64,000 bases of DNA from an uncultured Gemmatimonadales bacterium (GTDB lineage Bacteria > Gemmatimonadota > Gemmatimonadetes > Gemmatimonadales > GWC2-71-9). The DNA lies in NCBI GenBank assembly GCA_963728915.1, contig CAVSLV010000004.1, positions 448,001 through 512,000 on the forward strand, written 5' to 3'. Each line of letters starts with the position of its first letter. The stretch's first letter is position 1. A program made the translations under genes and the position numbers. The notes under the pieces were generated by a model. It did no database searches. It was not told where the DNA came from and saw nothing but the letters and a program-made list of their open reading frames with translations. This document shows, piece after piece, positions 1-10,325 of the stretch.

Positions 1-1
1 C

Positions 2-1693
2 GTGTTCGAGGAGCGGAGCCGGGACATGGCCCGCGCGGTGTCCACCCGGAAGCGGGAGTTCCTGGAGGGCCAGCTCGCCCAGGCCGACACCCTGATGCGG
101 CGGGCCCAGGACAGCCTGAGCGACTTCCGAAACAGGACCCGCACTTTCTCCAGCGAGGCGCGGGCTACCGCCCAGCAGACCGGCCTCATGACCATCGAGA
201 TGCGGCGGGAGGAGCTTCGGGCCGACCGGCAGATGTACCGGATGCTGCTCGATGGATTACACCAGGCCCAGGGCGAGCAGGCCGCCCGCCGGCTTCAGGC
301 CCTGGCCGCCACTCCCGAAATCGCTTCCAACCCGATCGTCGGGGCGCTCTTTACCCAGCTCCTTGGCTACGAGACCAGGCGCGACAGCATGACCAGCGGG
401 CGGTGGGGGGCCTCGGCCCGTAACCCCGATCTCCAGCAGGTCATTCAGCAGATCGGGGTAACCCGGCAGCGGCTGGAGGAGGCGCTCAACAGCCACATGC
501 AGGCGGTGGACGCGCGGCTCGCCTCGATCGACTCGCTGCGGAACCGGACCGCGAACCAGATCGCGGGGCTGCCGGAGTCCGAGGCCGCCGAGGCCCGGCT
601 GCTTCAGCAGGTCCAGTCCATGGGCGCCTCCCTGGAGAGCATCCGGGAGGAGCTCTACAAGGCGCGGATCGCCGAGGCGGTGGAAGCCGGTCCGGTCAGC
701 ATTGTGGACCTCTCGCCTCTTCCTGAGAAGCCAGAGCAGAGCAAGCTGCCGATGCTCCTCGGCATGGGGTTTCTGCTCGGGCTTCTCACCGGAAGCACCG
801 GGGCCTTCGTGCGGGAGATCCTGAACACCAAGATTCGAGATCGGAGCCAACTCGAGGTGGCGGTGCGGGCCCGGATGCTCGGCGCCATTCCGAAGCTGCC
901 CCGATTGGCGAATGGCTGGAAGGGGCGCAAGCTGATCGGGAAGGCGACCAATGGCACGAATGGCCATGGCAACGGCAATGGCAACGGGCATAACCCGGAG
1001 CTCGTCACGGTCAAGGAGCGGCGTTCCCATATGGCCGAAGCGTTCCGGACCCTGCGGACCAATCTGTTGTTCGCGGAGGATGGCGAGTCGGTCAAGACCC
1101 TGGTGATTACCAGTCCGGCGCCCGGGGAAGGGAAGACCACCACCGCGGCGAACCTGGCGGTGACCTATGCGCAGCAGGGCCTCAAGGTGCTGCTGGTGGA
1201 TTGTGACCTCCGGAAGCCCAGGCTCGCCGAGCTGTTCGAGATCAATCGAAAACCTGGACTCGCCGAGCTACTGGTGGGCGAATCGAGCTGGGAGGAGGCG
1301 ATCCGGCCGGTGGCCGGGGTGGAGGGGCTCTCGATTCTGCCGGCGGGCACCCTGCCGCCCAACCCCACAGAGATGCTGGGTTCCGCGGTGATGCGGGATC
1401 TGCTGGCGGCGCTACGGGAGAAGTTCGATGTGGTCATTATGGATACGCCGCCGCTCGCGGGCGGAGCGGACGCGGCCATCCTTGGTGGAGCGTCCGACGG
1501 GGTGCTCCTGGTAGCGAAGGCAGGCGCTACGCACCAACAGGGGGCGCGGCTTGCGGCACGTGAGCTTAGGGCGGTTGGGGCCAAGGTGGTGGGTGCAGTG
1601 ATGAACGATCCCGCGGGCGAGCTGCCGAGGTATGGCGACAATGCATACTACTACTACCAGTACGAGTACTACGGTGACCGCGACAAGACCTGA
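2..1693 (+). CDS. wzc: Polysaccharide co-polymerase / BY-type tyrosine autokinase (Wzc/GumC-CpsD like), 5'-truncated by window edge
   Basis: Coiled-coil periplasmic part, TM segment (LPMLLGMGFLLGLL), EAFRTLRTNL, Walker A PGEGKTT, VDCDLRKP, IMDTPP, C-terminal Tyr cluster YYYYQYEYYG. Confidence 0.9.
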   Translation: MFEERSRDMARAVSTRKREFLEGQLAQADTLMRRAQDSLSDFRNRTRTFSSEARATAQQTGLMTIEMRREELRADRQMYRMLLDGLHQAQGEQAARRLQALAATPEIASNPIVGALFTQLLGYETRRDSMTSGRWGASARNPDLQQVIQQIGVTRQRLEEALNSHMQAVDARLASIDSLRNRTANQIAGLPESEAAEARLLQQVQSMGASLESIREELYKARIAEAVEAGPVSIVDLSPLPEKPEQSKLPMLLGMGFLLGLLTGSTGAFVREILNTKIRDRSQLEVAVRARMLGAIPKLPRLANGWKGRKLIGKATNGTNGHGNGNGNGHNPELVTVKERRSHMAEAFRTLRTNLLFAEDGESVKTLVITSPAPGEGKTTTAANLAVTYAQQGLKVLLVDCDLRKPRLAELFEINRKPGLAELLVGESSWEEAIRPVAGVEGLSILPAGTLPPNPTEMLGSAVMRDLLAALREKFDVVIMDTPPLAGGADAAILGGASDGVLLVAKAGATHQQGARLAARELRAVGAKVVGAVMNDPAGELPRYGDNAYYYYQYEYYGDRDKT

Positions 1694-3485
1694 GCCGAGA
1701 ACGACCATCGGGAAGATCCTGTCGCTGCTCACGCCGCGGGAGCGGAAGCAGGGGCTGCTTGTCCTGGGGCTCATGCTGGTGACCGCGCTGCTGGATACCG
1801 CGGGCGTTGCCTCGATCATGCCGTTCCTCGCAGTGCTCGGAAACCCCGAGCTGATCCGCAACAATCAGCTTCTCGCCTGGCTGTACGAGCGAGGAGGATT
1901 TGCCTCCAGCAACTCGTTCCTGTTTGCGCTCGGCGGCGGTGCTTTCATCCTCGTGGTGGTTTCGGCGGGAATCCGAATTACGGGGACCTATGCCACGAAC
2001 CGATATGCGCAGATGAGGCGGTACACGATCGGCAATCGTCTACTCGAGACGTACTTGCGCCAACCTTACGAGTTCTTTCTGAATCGCAACAGCGCCGACT
2101 TTTCGAAAAGCATCCTGTCCGAGGTCGATCAGGTCATCAACTTCGTGCTCCAGCCATTATTGAATGCGATTAGCTACGGGCTTGTGATCCTCGCAATGAT
2201 GGCGCTGCTCATCACCCTGAGCCCGGGAGTAGCCTTGGTTACGGCGCTCCTCATCGGCGGCGCTTATGGTGGGATCTACTGGAGGATCCGGAAACTAGTA
2301 CGGTCCATCGGTCTGGACCGGGTGGCTGCGAACCGGGAGAGATACCTAGCAGCGTCCGAGGCGTTCGGTGGGATCAAGGATCTCAAAGTATTGGGAAGGG
2401 AGGAGGCATACATTGCCAGGTTCCGTGCTCCGTCAGCACGGTTTTCCCGAAGTCTGGCGGCCCAGACCACCCTGTCCCAAGTGCCAAAGTACCTGATCGA
2501 GGCGATAGGGTTCGGCGGTTTGCTGGCGCTCGCCCTGGCTCTCCTGGGCACCGGGGCCGCTACGGAGACCCTGCTTCCGCTACTCGGCTTGTATGCCTTT
2601 GCAGGATACCGGCTTCTCCCCGCAGCGCAGCAGGTCTTCCTCGGTGCGTCTCAACTTCGCTTTGGCATTCCTTCACTGGACGAGATTCGCAGCGATCTCG
2701 CAAGCTGGCGGCCGGCGGACAGGCCAACGCTACCCCGAGCTCAGCGAGAATCGTTGGCAATGGGAATCAGGTTCGAGAATGTCTGGTATCGATATCCCGG
2801 CGGCGCGGCTCCGGTAATACGGGGGCTCGATTTGACAATCAACGCGGGATCCTTTGTAGCGTTCGTCGGTGCTACCGGGGCGGGCAAGACGACCGTGGTG
2901 GACTTGCTCCTCGGTCTGCTCCTGCCAAGCCACGGCCGAATCTTGATCGATGACGAACCTCTGGCTGAGGAGACACTTCGTCCCTGGCAGACCTCAATTG
3001 GCTACGTACCGCAACAGATTTACCTCTCTGATGCGTCAATCGCGGAGAACATCGCATTCGGGGTCAGACCGGACCAGGTTGACTTCGACGCAGTTGAGAC
3101 CGCAGCCCGTGCGGCACAGTTGCACACCTTCGTCAAAGAGAGCCTGCCAAAAGGGTACTCCACGGTAATAGGGGAACGAGGAGTTCGGCTCTCAGGTGGC
3201 GAGCGGCAACGCCTGGGTATTGCGCGTGCGTTGTATCACCGTCCGTCCACGCTGGTTCTGGACGAGGCGACTAACGCTCTCGATCCAGCTACCGAAAGAG
3301 CTGTATTGGAGGCTGTCGCAGCCCTCAAGGGAAACCTGACCGTGATCATGGTTACTCACCGTCTCGGCATGACCGAGAGATGTGATCCGGTTGTGGTCCT
3401 TGAGAACGGCGAAGTAAAGGGGATCGGTTCGTTCTCCATGCTCGAGCAGCGCAACTCCGCGTTCCGGCACGTTGCCGTAGCGTGA
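1674..3485 (+). CDS. ABC transporter permease/ATPase fusion (PglK/MsbA-like putative glycan flippase)
   Basis: N-terminal TM helices, Walker A GATGAGKT, signature LSGGERQR, Walker B LVLDEAT; start uncertain (GTG 1674 or ATG 1632/1641). Confidence 0.85.
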   Translation: MTATRPEPRTTIGKILSLLTPRERKQGLLVLGLMLVTALLDTAGVASIMPFLAVLGNPELIRNNQLLAWLYERGGFASSNSFLFALGGGAFILVVVSAGIRITGTYATNRYAQMRRYTIGNRLLETYLRQPYEFFLNRNSADFSKSILSEVDQVINFVLQPLLNAISYGLVILAMMALLITLSPGVALVTALLIGGAYGGIYWRIRKLVRSIGLDRVAANRERYLAASEAFGGIKDLKVLGREEAYIARFRAPSARFSRSLAAQTTLSQVPKYLIEAIGFGGLLALALALLGTGAATETLLPLLGLYAFAGYRLLPAAQQVFLGASQLRFGIPSLDEIRSDLASWRPADRPTLPRAQRESLAMGIRFENVWYRYPGGAAPVIRGLDLTINAGSFVAFVGATGAGKTTVVDLLLGLLLPSHGRILIDDEPLAEETLRPWQTSIGYVPQQIYLSDASIAENIAFGVRPDQVDFDAVETAARAAQLHTFVKESLPKGYSTVIGERGVRLSGGERQRLGIARALYHRPSTLVLDEATNALDPATERAVLEAVAALKGNLTVIMVTHRLGMTERCDPVVVLENGEVKGIGSFSMLEQRNSAFRHVAVA

Positions 3486-3629
3486 CCGGCAACAGCACTT
3501 TTGCGATGTCGCCATCGTTGTTCATCCCCAAACAGGACCTGCAGTGAACCGGCCGTCGGGATACTCGACCCGCGATCGCCGCGTAAGCGTGGTGTACCGA
3601 GGCGAAGCTATCACGCGGTGCGGTGTGGC

Positions 3630-4757
3630 ATGAGAGTGGTTCAGCTCATTACGCGCCGCCAACGGCGCGGTGCCGAGGTGTTTGCCTGTCAACTGGGAGA
3701 TGCGTTGGCGCGACGGGGCCATACGGTGACACTCGTAGGTCTGTACCGGCCATCGGGCGCGCCACTCTCGCCGACTAGCGCGTGGTCCTACGACATGGGA
3801 ATGGTGCGAAGGAGAATCCCTGGAGTACGAGGCATTCGGGCCCTGAGGGCGTTGCTCAACCGACTGTCGCCGGATGTGGTGCAGGCCAATGCCTCGGATA
3901 CCCTGGAGTATGGCGCCATGTCCCGGATGTTCGGGCCACCGGCTTGGCGCCTGGTATATCGGAATGCCAATCTCTCTTCGCCGTGGATGCGTTCAGGGGT
4001 GCAGCGAGCGATAGGGCGATGGTGGCTACGCTCCGTGGATCATGTCATATCGGTCAGCGAGACCTGCCGTCGCGACTTCGTCGAAACCTACAGGTTTCAG
4101 GACGAGCGGGTTTCTGTCATCACCATTGGCACACCGATACCGAGCCACTCGAAGCGGGTTGACGCGCGTGTCCACCTGCTGCAGGCCACAGGCTTGTCGG
4201 ACAAGACGGACGTCCTGCTTTCAGTCGCGGGGTTCGTCCCTGAGAAGAACCACCTGTGGCTGCTCGATGCATTTGCACGGATTTCTGAACATCATCCCTC
4301 CACGGCTCTGGTCCTGATCGGAGATGGACCACTCAGACCCCAGATAGAAACGAAGATAGCGAATCTGCAACTCTCTGAGCGAGTACGGCTACTTGGTAGT
4401 CGAGAGGATGCCTCTGAGCTGACAGAGGGAGCGGATCTTATGGTTCTTCCGAGCCTGATTGAGGGACTACCAGGCGCCATTCTGGAAGCTGGTGCAGCCG
4501 GGATTCCGTGCGTGGCGAGCCGGATTGGAGGAATACCGGAAGTGGTGAACCACGGCGAGACGGGTGTGCTGGTGCCGCCGGGGGACTCGGAGGCTTTCTG
4601 CGGAGCCGTTCTCGAGCTGCTCAAGAATAGCGTCCTGAGAAGCCAGATGGGCCTGGCAGCGCGTGCGCGGATCCAGCAACGGTTCGAGCTTGAGAAGGTC
4701 GTGGATCAGTTCGAGGCGCGCTATGAAACACTGATACGAGCGAGGCCGCAGCACTGA
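3630..4757 (+). CDS. Glycosyltransferase family 4 (GT-B)
   Basis: MRVVQLIT..GAE N-terminus; PSLIEGLPGAILEA (ExxxxxxxE) motif. Confidence 0.88.
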   Translation: MRVVQLITRRQRRGAEVFACQLGDALARRGHTVTLVGLYRPSGAPLSPTSAWSYDMGMVRRRIPGVRGIRALRALLNRLSPDVVQANASDTLEYGAMSRMFGPPAWRLVYRNANLSSPWMRSGVQRAIGRWWLRSVDHVISVSETCRRDFVETYRFQDERVSVITIGTPIPSHSKRVDARVHLLQATGLSDKTDVLLSVAGFVPEKNHLWLLDAFARISEHHPSTALVLIGDGPLRPQIETKIANLQLSERVRLLGSREDASELTEGADLMVLPSLIEGLPGAILEAGAAGIPCVASRIGGIPEVVNHGETGVLVPPGDSEAFCGAVLELLKNSVLRSQMGLAARARIQQRFELEKVVDQFEARYETLIRARPQH

Positions 4758-5864
4758 ATGCGCATCCTGCATTTGATCAAAGGCCTTGGGCGAGGTGGCG
4801 CCGAGCGGCTTCTTGTCGCCGGCCTGGACCATGCGGATCGAACGCGCTTCGAGTACCAGTATGCGTACTGTCTCCCTCGTAAGGACGCACTGGTTGAGGA
4901 GCTGAGGGCGCGCGGAGCCAAGGTCACGTGTTTCGCCGCTCGGAGGCCGACGAGTGCCATTGGCGTCAGCAGCAAGGTCGCGCGCTATTGTCGAGCGCAG
5001 GGCGTCCATTTGATCCATTCCCACTTGCCATGGACTGGTACGATCGGACGACTCGCCGGAATCCGCGCTCATGTTCCGGTCGTCTATTCGGAGCACAACA
5101 AGCAAGAGCGTTATCACCCGCTCACTCGTTTCGCTGGCTGGTGCACCTGGAGATGGCAAAGGGAAGTCATTGCAGTCTCTGAGTCGGTCAAGGACAGTAT
5201 CGAGCGAAGCTTGGGAACGAAGGTGCCGGTACGAGTCGTTCAGAATGGGATAGATGGGCGGGTATTCCAGAGGACCTCCGCACAAGGCGAAGGGATCCGC
5301 GCCAAGCTCGGGATCCAGGCCGGATCTCCTGTAGTCGGTACGGTTGCTGTATTCAGAGCGCAGAAGAGGCTTGACCGATGGGTTAAGGCCGCCGCACTCA
5401 TTCGTGCCAGCCAACCCTCTGCTCGCTTTCTCATGGTAGGTGATGGACCGCTGATGCCTGGAATCCGCGAGGCGGCTCGAGCTGCCAGCTTGGGGGATGC
5501 CGTGTACTTCGCCGGACTACAGGAGGATGTGCGGCCATGGCTCTCGGCTATGGACGTCTTCATGATGACCTCTGAAGTCGAAGGTTTGCCTGTCGCACTT
5601 CTGGAAGCGATGGCCATGGAATGCGTCCCGGCTGCGTTCGCCGTGGGCGGCATCCCCGAGGTGGTTACCGACTCACGAAACGGAATCTTGGAGAAACCAG
5701 GGGGGATCGATGCCCTTGCCCGGCGAGTGTCGGACCTGCTGGCGAATCCGGCCGCGGTTAGGGGAATGGGCTGGGCCGGAAGAGCTGCCGTGGTAGGACA
5801 ATTCGGAATCGGGCGGATGACACGACAAATCGAGGCGCTCTATGCCTCCATTCTGTGGGGCTGA
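4758..5864 (+). CDS. Glycosyltransferase family 4
   Basis: MRILHLIKGLGRGGAE; IHSH; TSEVEGLPVALLEAMA. Confidence 0.9.
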   Translation: MRILHLIKGLGRGGAERLLVAGLDHADRTRFEYQYAYCLPRKDALVEELRARGAKVTCFAARRPTSAIGVSSKVARYCRAQGVHLIHSHLPWTGTIGRLAGIRAHVPVVYSEHNKQERYHPLTRFAGWCTWRWQREVIAVSESVKDSIERSLGTKVPVRVVQNGIDGRVFQRTSAQGEGIRAKLGIQAGSPVVGTVAVFRAQKRLDRWVKAAALIRASQPSARFLMVGDGPLMPGIREAARAASLGDAVYFAGLQEDVRPWLSAMDVFMMTSEVEGLPVALLEAMAMECVPAAFAVGGIPEVVTDSRNGILEKPGGIDALARRVSDLLANPAAVRGMGWAGRAAVVGQFGIGRMTRQIEALYASILWG

Positions 5865-5865
5865 A

Positions 5866-6885
5866 ATGCGGGGCCAGGATTACAGCATTCGAGAGATGGA
5901 GCCGTCGGATCTTCCCGCAGTGGTCGAGCTCATGAGTCTCGGTTTGGGAGAAGGCCAATTGCCGCGCCATCCTGCGGCGTGGAACTGGAAGCATGAGAGT
6001 AACCCGTTCGGAAGGTCTTTGGTGCTTGTGGCAGAGGCGAGCGGGTTGGTGATCGGGCATCGGGCCTTCATGCGTTGGGTATTGCAACAAAACGGATCTA
6101 CTATGGGGGCCTTTCGAGCGGTGGATACCGTGACCCATCCATCCTGGCAGGGTAGCGGGGTGTTCCGGCACCTCACATCCAAGTTGCTGGACCGACTGCC
6201 TGAAAACGGGGCTGGGCTCGTGTTTAATACGCCCAACAATCGGAGTCTTCCCGGGTACCTGAAAATGGGATGGCGTGTGGCAGGTCGACCGCCCATCTGG
6301 ATCAAGCCGCTGCGGCCATTTCGCACCGCCTGGGGACAATGGGGTCGGAGCCGGACGTCGGCAGGGTCTGGGAATGCACCACGTCCATCTGGCGATCTGA
6401 ACGAGCTGCTGTCATCTCCGTGGTTGTCTCGCTTTCTCGAGCAGCTTCGGGGCAATGATCGGCACCGTTTGATGACTCCGCGAACCACCGAATACCTCCG
6501 CTGGCGTTATGCCGAAGTGCCCGGCATCCGGTACCATGGTCGTGGGGTCTTTCGCGACAATGCAGGTGCCATTTTGATCTGGCGTGTCCGGCAGCGGCAC
6601 CGACTGTCAGAACTGCGAGTGTGCGAGCTGATGCTGACCCCGGGAGCGACAGGGGTAGCGCTCGTAACTGACCTCCTCTCCAGAACACTTCGGGAATCGA
6701 CTGGGGACCTTGCCTCGATGGTTGCGACCCCGGATTCCCCAGAGCGCACGATCGGCATTAGACTGGGCTTCCTGCCCAGTCCGAAGCGGCCGGTCCTTGC
6801 CGTGCGCCGTCTGAATAGCGAAGGATCCCAATTTCAGCACATTCGTCAGTGGCGGCTTTCCGCTGGCGACCTGGAGCTCTTCTGA
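5866..6885 (+). CDS. GNAT-family N-acyltransferase
   Basis: DTVTHPSWQGSGVF acetyl-CoA motif A; NTPNNRSLPGYLKMGW; YLRWRY second domain. Confidence 0.8.
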   Translation: MRGQDYSIREMEPSDLPAVVELMSLGLGEGQLPRHPAAWNWKHESNPFGRSLVLVAEASGLVIGHRAFMRWVLQQNGSTMGAFRAVDTVTHPSWQGSGVFRHLTSKLLDRLPENGAGLVFNTPNNRSLPGYLKMGWRVAGRPPIWIKPLRPFRTAWGQWGRSRTSAGSGNAPRPSGDLNELLSSPWLSRFLEQLRGNDRHRLMTPRTTEYLRWRYAEVPGIRYHGRGVFRDNAGAILIWRVRQRHRLSELRVCELMLTPGATGVALVTDLLSRTLRESTGDLASMVATPDSPERTIGIRLGFLPSPKRPVLAVRRLNSEGSQFQHIRQWRLSAGDLELF

Positions 6886-6887
6886 TC

Positions 6888-8153
6888 ATGTGGCCCACCG
6901 GATCAGATCTTCTCAGCCTTCTGCTGGTGCTTGCCCTGACGATGAGTATTGCGGCCGTCGTCGGAATGAGCAGGCTTCCCCGAACCATCAAGGCACTGGT
7001 CGTCATCGCTCTCGCCCTGCGAGTGGCGGGGGCATTCGCCAGGTATCGTATTCTGTTCGGCTTCTATACCGGCACCGGCGACGCTGCCGGCTATTTCGGC
7101 AAGGGCTTGCGGCTTGCCGATCAGATCACGCGGCTTGACTTTGCCGGGATCGCGGCGGTCTTCTCCCCCGCGTCGGGGCACTGGTGGGGCACCAACTTCA
7201 TTTCACTGTCTTCTGGGCTGGTCTTGGCAGCCATTGGCCCTTCAATGATCGGTACATTCATCGTATTCGGGCTTCTGTCTTTCCTCGGTCTTGTGGGATT
7301 CGCGATTGCGTTCAAGCGCGCCTTCCCAGGCAACGACTTGTCACGCTACCTGAAATGGATATGGCTCTTTCCCTCGCTCTGGTTCTGGCCTTCGAGTTTG
7401 GGAAAGGATGCGCTGGTGCTTCTGGGAATCGGCCTGGCGGTCTGGGGGTTTGGCTATCAGCGGGACCGAGTGCACTGGATACTGCTGTCGCTGGGTGTTG
7501 CTCTGGTTTTCGTGATCAGGCCTCAGGTCGCAGCGGTTCTGCTGGTCTGCCTCCTGTTTGGCTACTGGATTGCGAATTGGAAGCAGCTGGCTTCGACCCG
7601 AATCATTCAGGGAACTGTCTTTGTGCTTGGCGGCGCCATTGCCATATGGATTTCCCTTCAGCAAATCGGCGTAGAGGGTTTCGACATCGAGGGCGCTCAG
7701 AGCTATTTGGCGGGCACGGTTCGTTCTGAAGGGGGAAGCCGGATCGCTATGACCGGTGCTGGCTTGGGAAGCGCGCCAATGGCCATGATCAATGTGCTGT
7801 TTCGACCATTCTTATGGGAGAGCCGCAATATCGTCCAGGCCCTCTCTTCACTCGAGCTCTGCGTGCTCTGGGCGCTCGTTCTCTTCCGAGCCCCGTCCCT
7901 GCTTCGTGGTGTAATGGGATGGCGCAAGAACAAGCTGATCGGTGCAACGGTGCCGTTTCTTATAATCTACTCGACAACCCTTGGCATGGGCGTGGCAAAC
8001 CTGGGAATTATCGCGAGACAGCGGATCTTCCTGTTTCCATTTCTCTTTCTCTTGGTTGAATCCGGAAGCAAGAGAGTGAGGGAGCTCAGCACCCAGGTCG
8101 AGCAATCTGCTTCGCGGAATGCTTTGCGGGAACGGCGCGTGGCCCTTGTCTAG
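6888..8153 (+). CDS. Multi-pass membrane protein, probable Wzy-like polysaccharide polymerase
   Basis: About 10 hydrophobic segments; PSLWFWPSSLGKD, IRPQ, NLGIIARQR motifs; located in EPS operon. Confidence 0.6.
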   Translation: MWPTGSDLLSLLLVLALTMSIAAVVGMSRLPRTIKALVVIALALRVAGAFARYRILFGFYTGTGDAAGYFGKGLRLADQITRLDFAGIAAVFSPASGHWWGTNFISLSSGLVLAAIGPSMIGTFIVFGLLSFLGLVGFAIAFKRAFPGNDLSRYLKWIWLFPSLWFWPSSLGKDALVLLGIGLAVWGFGYQRDRVHWILLSLGVALVFVIRPQVAAVLLVCLLFGYWIANWKQLASTRIIQGTVFVLGGAIAIWISLQQIGVEGFDIEGAQSYLAGTVRSEGGSRIAMTGAGLGSAPMAMINVLFRPFLWESRNIVQALSSLELCVLWALVLFRAPSLLRGVMGWRKNKLIGATVPFLIIYSTTLGMGVANLGIIARQRIFLFPFLFLLVESGSKRVRELSTQVEQSASRNALRERRVALV

Positions 8154-9156
8154 CAAACCCGGTGCACTTGTCCTCTCCCTGGACTTCGAGCTCCATTGGG
8201 GTGTACGGGATCATGCCCGGCCAGTGAGCCCGTACGCCAGGAATCTGTTGGGCGCACGGGCGGCCATCCCGAGGATACTCGAGCTCCTCGAATCGTTCGA
8301 GATCGCCGCGACCTGGGCGGTTGTCGGGTTCCTCTTCGCCCACGATCGGGCAGAGCTGGAGGCCACGCGGCCCAATGTCCGACCAAGGTATACCGACGGG
8401 AATCTGGATCCGTACTCTGAATCGGTGGGATGGGACGAAGCTGCCGATCCCTTTCATTATGCGCCAAGCCTGATCCAGCTCATCAGGCGAACCCCGTATC
8501 AGGAGATCGGCACCCATACATGGTCCCACTACTACTGCACCGAGCGCGGTCAAACGACAGACTCATTCCAAGCGGATCTGGCTAGTGCGCTGGCGATTCA
8601 CACCGCCAACGGCCTTCCGATCCGCTCGATTGTATTCCCGCGAAACCAGCACAATCCGGAGTACGACCAGATCCTCAGGGAAGCGGGGATCGCCGCTTAC
8701 CGCGGCAACCCTGATACCACACTCTGGCGAACGACCGCGGCCTCAGGTACAACGAGGATAGCACGGCTGCTGGACGCTTACTTCCCATTCGATGGGGACG
8801 GCACCTATTCGTGGAATGATGTGAAAGTAGACAACGGACTGGCGAACGTGCGAGCCAGCCGGTTTCTTCGCCCTTGGAGCTCAGCGGGCCTGGCGTTCGA
8901 ACACCGGCGCATGAATCGCATTACCGACGGGCTGGCCGCCGCGGCGGAACGAGGACGTCTATATCATCTGTGGTGGCACCCTCACAATTTCGGCCGCCAC
9001 CTGGATCAGAACCTTGGTGTGCTCCGCCACATCCTGGAACAATTCGCGAAGCTGCGGGAACGGACCGGCATGCTTTCGCTTAACATGTACGATACGGCGA
9101 CAATGGCGTTGACGTCAAACAGAATCAGGGAGCCGGAATGCGCCTTCTCCACCTGA
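8119..9156 (+). CDS. Polysaccharide deacetylase (CE4/NodB-like)
   Basis: SLDFELHWG, ATWAVVG, EIGTHTWSH, VFPRN, HLWWHPHN; start may be TTG 8146. Confidence 0.85.
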   Translation: MLCGNGAWPLSSKPGALVLSLDFELHWGVRDHARPVSPYARNLLGARAAIPRILELLESFEIAATWAVVGFLFAHDRAELEATRPNVRPRYTDGNLDPYSESVGWDEAADPFHYAPSLIQLIRRTPYQEIGTHTWSHYYCTERGQTTDSFQADLASALAIHTANGLPIRSIVFPRNQHNPEYDQILREAGIAAYRGNPDTTLWRTTAASGTTRIARLLDAYFPFDGDGTYSWNDVKVDNGLANVRASRFLRPWSSAGLAFEHRRMNRITDGLAAAAERGRLYHLWWHPHNFGRHLDQNLGVLRHILEQFAKLRERTGMLSLNMYDTATMALTSNRIREPECAFST

Positions 9157-10325
9157 CGACGGTTCCCATGACCCTGCGATTCCTCAAGGGCCAGCCCGCC
9201 TTCATGCGGTTGAGAGGGATCGACACCGTGGTGGTATCCTCGCCGGGTGAAGAGCTGGGGCAGTTTGGCCAGGAGGAGCATGTTCCGGTTCATGCCGTCG
9301 AAATGCGACGGCAGATTACACCCTTGCGAGACCTGGCTGCGCTCGGAAGGCTCGTCAGGGTCATTCGTTCGGTTCGGCCGAACATCCTCCACGCGCATAC
9401 GCCCAAGGCCGGGCTCCTCGGCATGGTGGCAGGAGCGCTAGCTCGTGTGCCGATCAGGATCTACCACATGCGCGGACTTCCATTTACAGGTGCCACTGGG
9501 GTTCGCCGAAAACTTCTTCTTCGAACCGAGCAGACCTCGTGTCGGCTTGCTACTCGGGTAATCTGCGTCAGCCACTCTCTGCGTCAGACGGCCCTGAGGT
9601 ATGGTATCAGCACCGCACCAAAGACCGTAGTCCTCGCCTCCGGCAGCGGGCAGGGGGTGGATGCGGCCAACCGCTTCAACCCTCAGCGGCTTTCAGGTGC
9701 GCGTGAGATGGGACGGAATCGGCTCATGATCCCGCCTGATGCGCTCGTAATCGGATTCGTCGGGCGAGTGGTGTGCGACAAGGGCATTCCGGAGCTCGCC
9801 GAGGCTTGGCTGAAGATACGTGCTCATTGGCCTGCCTCCTATCTGATCCTGGCCGGCCCTATTGAGCCACAAGATCAGGTGCCACCCGCCATTCTTGCTG
9901 TACTTGGGCAGGATCCGAGAGTTAGACTGATCGGAATGCTCCCTGATCCTGCCTCGGTTTATCCCGCGTTCGATCTTCTCGTACTTCCGAGTCGGCGAGA
10001 AGGCTTTCCCAATGTGACACTCGAAGCGGCGGCCATGTCGCTACCGGTCGTCACCACCCGAATACCGGGATGCACTGAAGCGGTGGTGGATGGTGAAACC
10101 GGTACTCTGGTATCGCCGGGAGAACCAGTGGAACTGGCCCATGCTATTGAACGGTACCTGGCAAAACCGGTCTTACGAGAACAGCACGGTGAAGCGGGCC
10201 GGACTCGAGTTCTCGCGAGGTTTCGTCCCGAAATCATATGGGAAGCGCTGTTCCGTCAGTACCTGGAGCTTGCCGGGCCCATTTCCCAGGGCCACCTCCG
10301 TCAATCACTGGTGGAAGTCGCATGA
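9138..10325 (+). CDS. Glycosyltransferase family 4 (CapM-like)
   Basis: HAHTPKAGLLG; PSRREGFPNVTLEA. Confidence 0.88.
   Translation: MRLLHLTTVPMTLRFLKGQPAFMRLRGIDTVVVSSPGEELGQFGQEEHVPVHAVEMRRQITPLRDLAALGRLVRVIRSVRPNILHAHTPKAGLLGMVAGALARVPIRIYHMRGLPFTGATGVRRKLLLRTEQTSCRLATRVICVSHSLRQTALRYGISTAPKTVVLASGSGQGVDAANRFNPQRLSGAREMGRNRLMIPPDALVIGFVGRVVCDKGIPELAEAWLKIRAHWPASYLILAGPIEPQDQVPPAILAVLGQDPRVRLIGMLPDPASVYPAFDLLVLPSRREGFPNVTLEAAAMSLPVVTTRIPGCTEAVVDGETGTLVSPGEPVELAHAIERYLAKPVLREQHGEAGRTRVLARFRPEIIWEALFRQYLELAGPISQGHLRQSLVEVA

Noticed and set aside
948..995. AATGGC/AACGGC hexamer repeats in wzc (NGHGNGNGNGHN)
   Set aside because: In-frame low-complexity linker, unrelated to the intergenic repeat family
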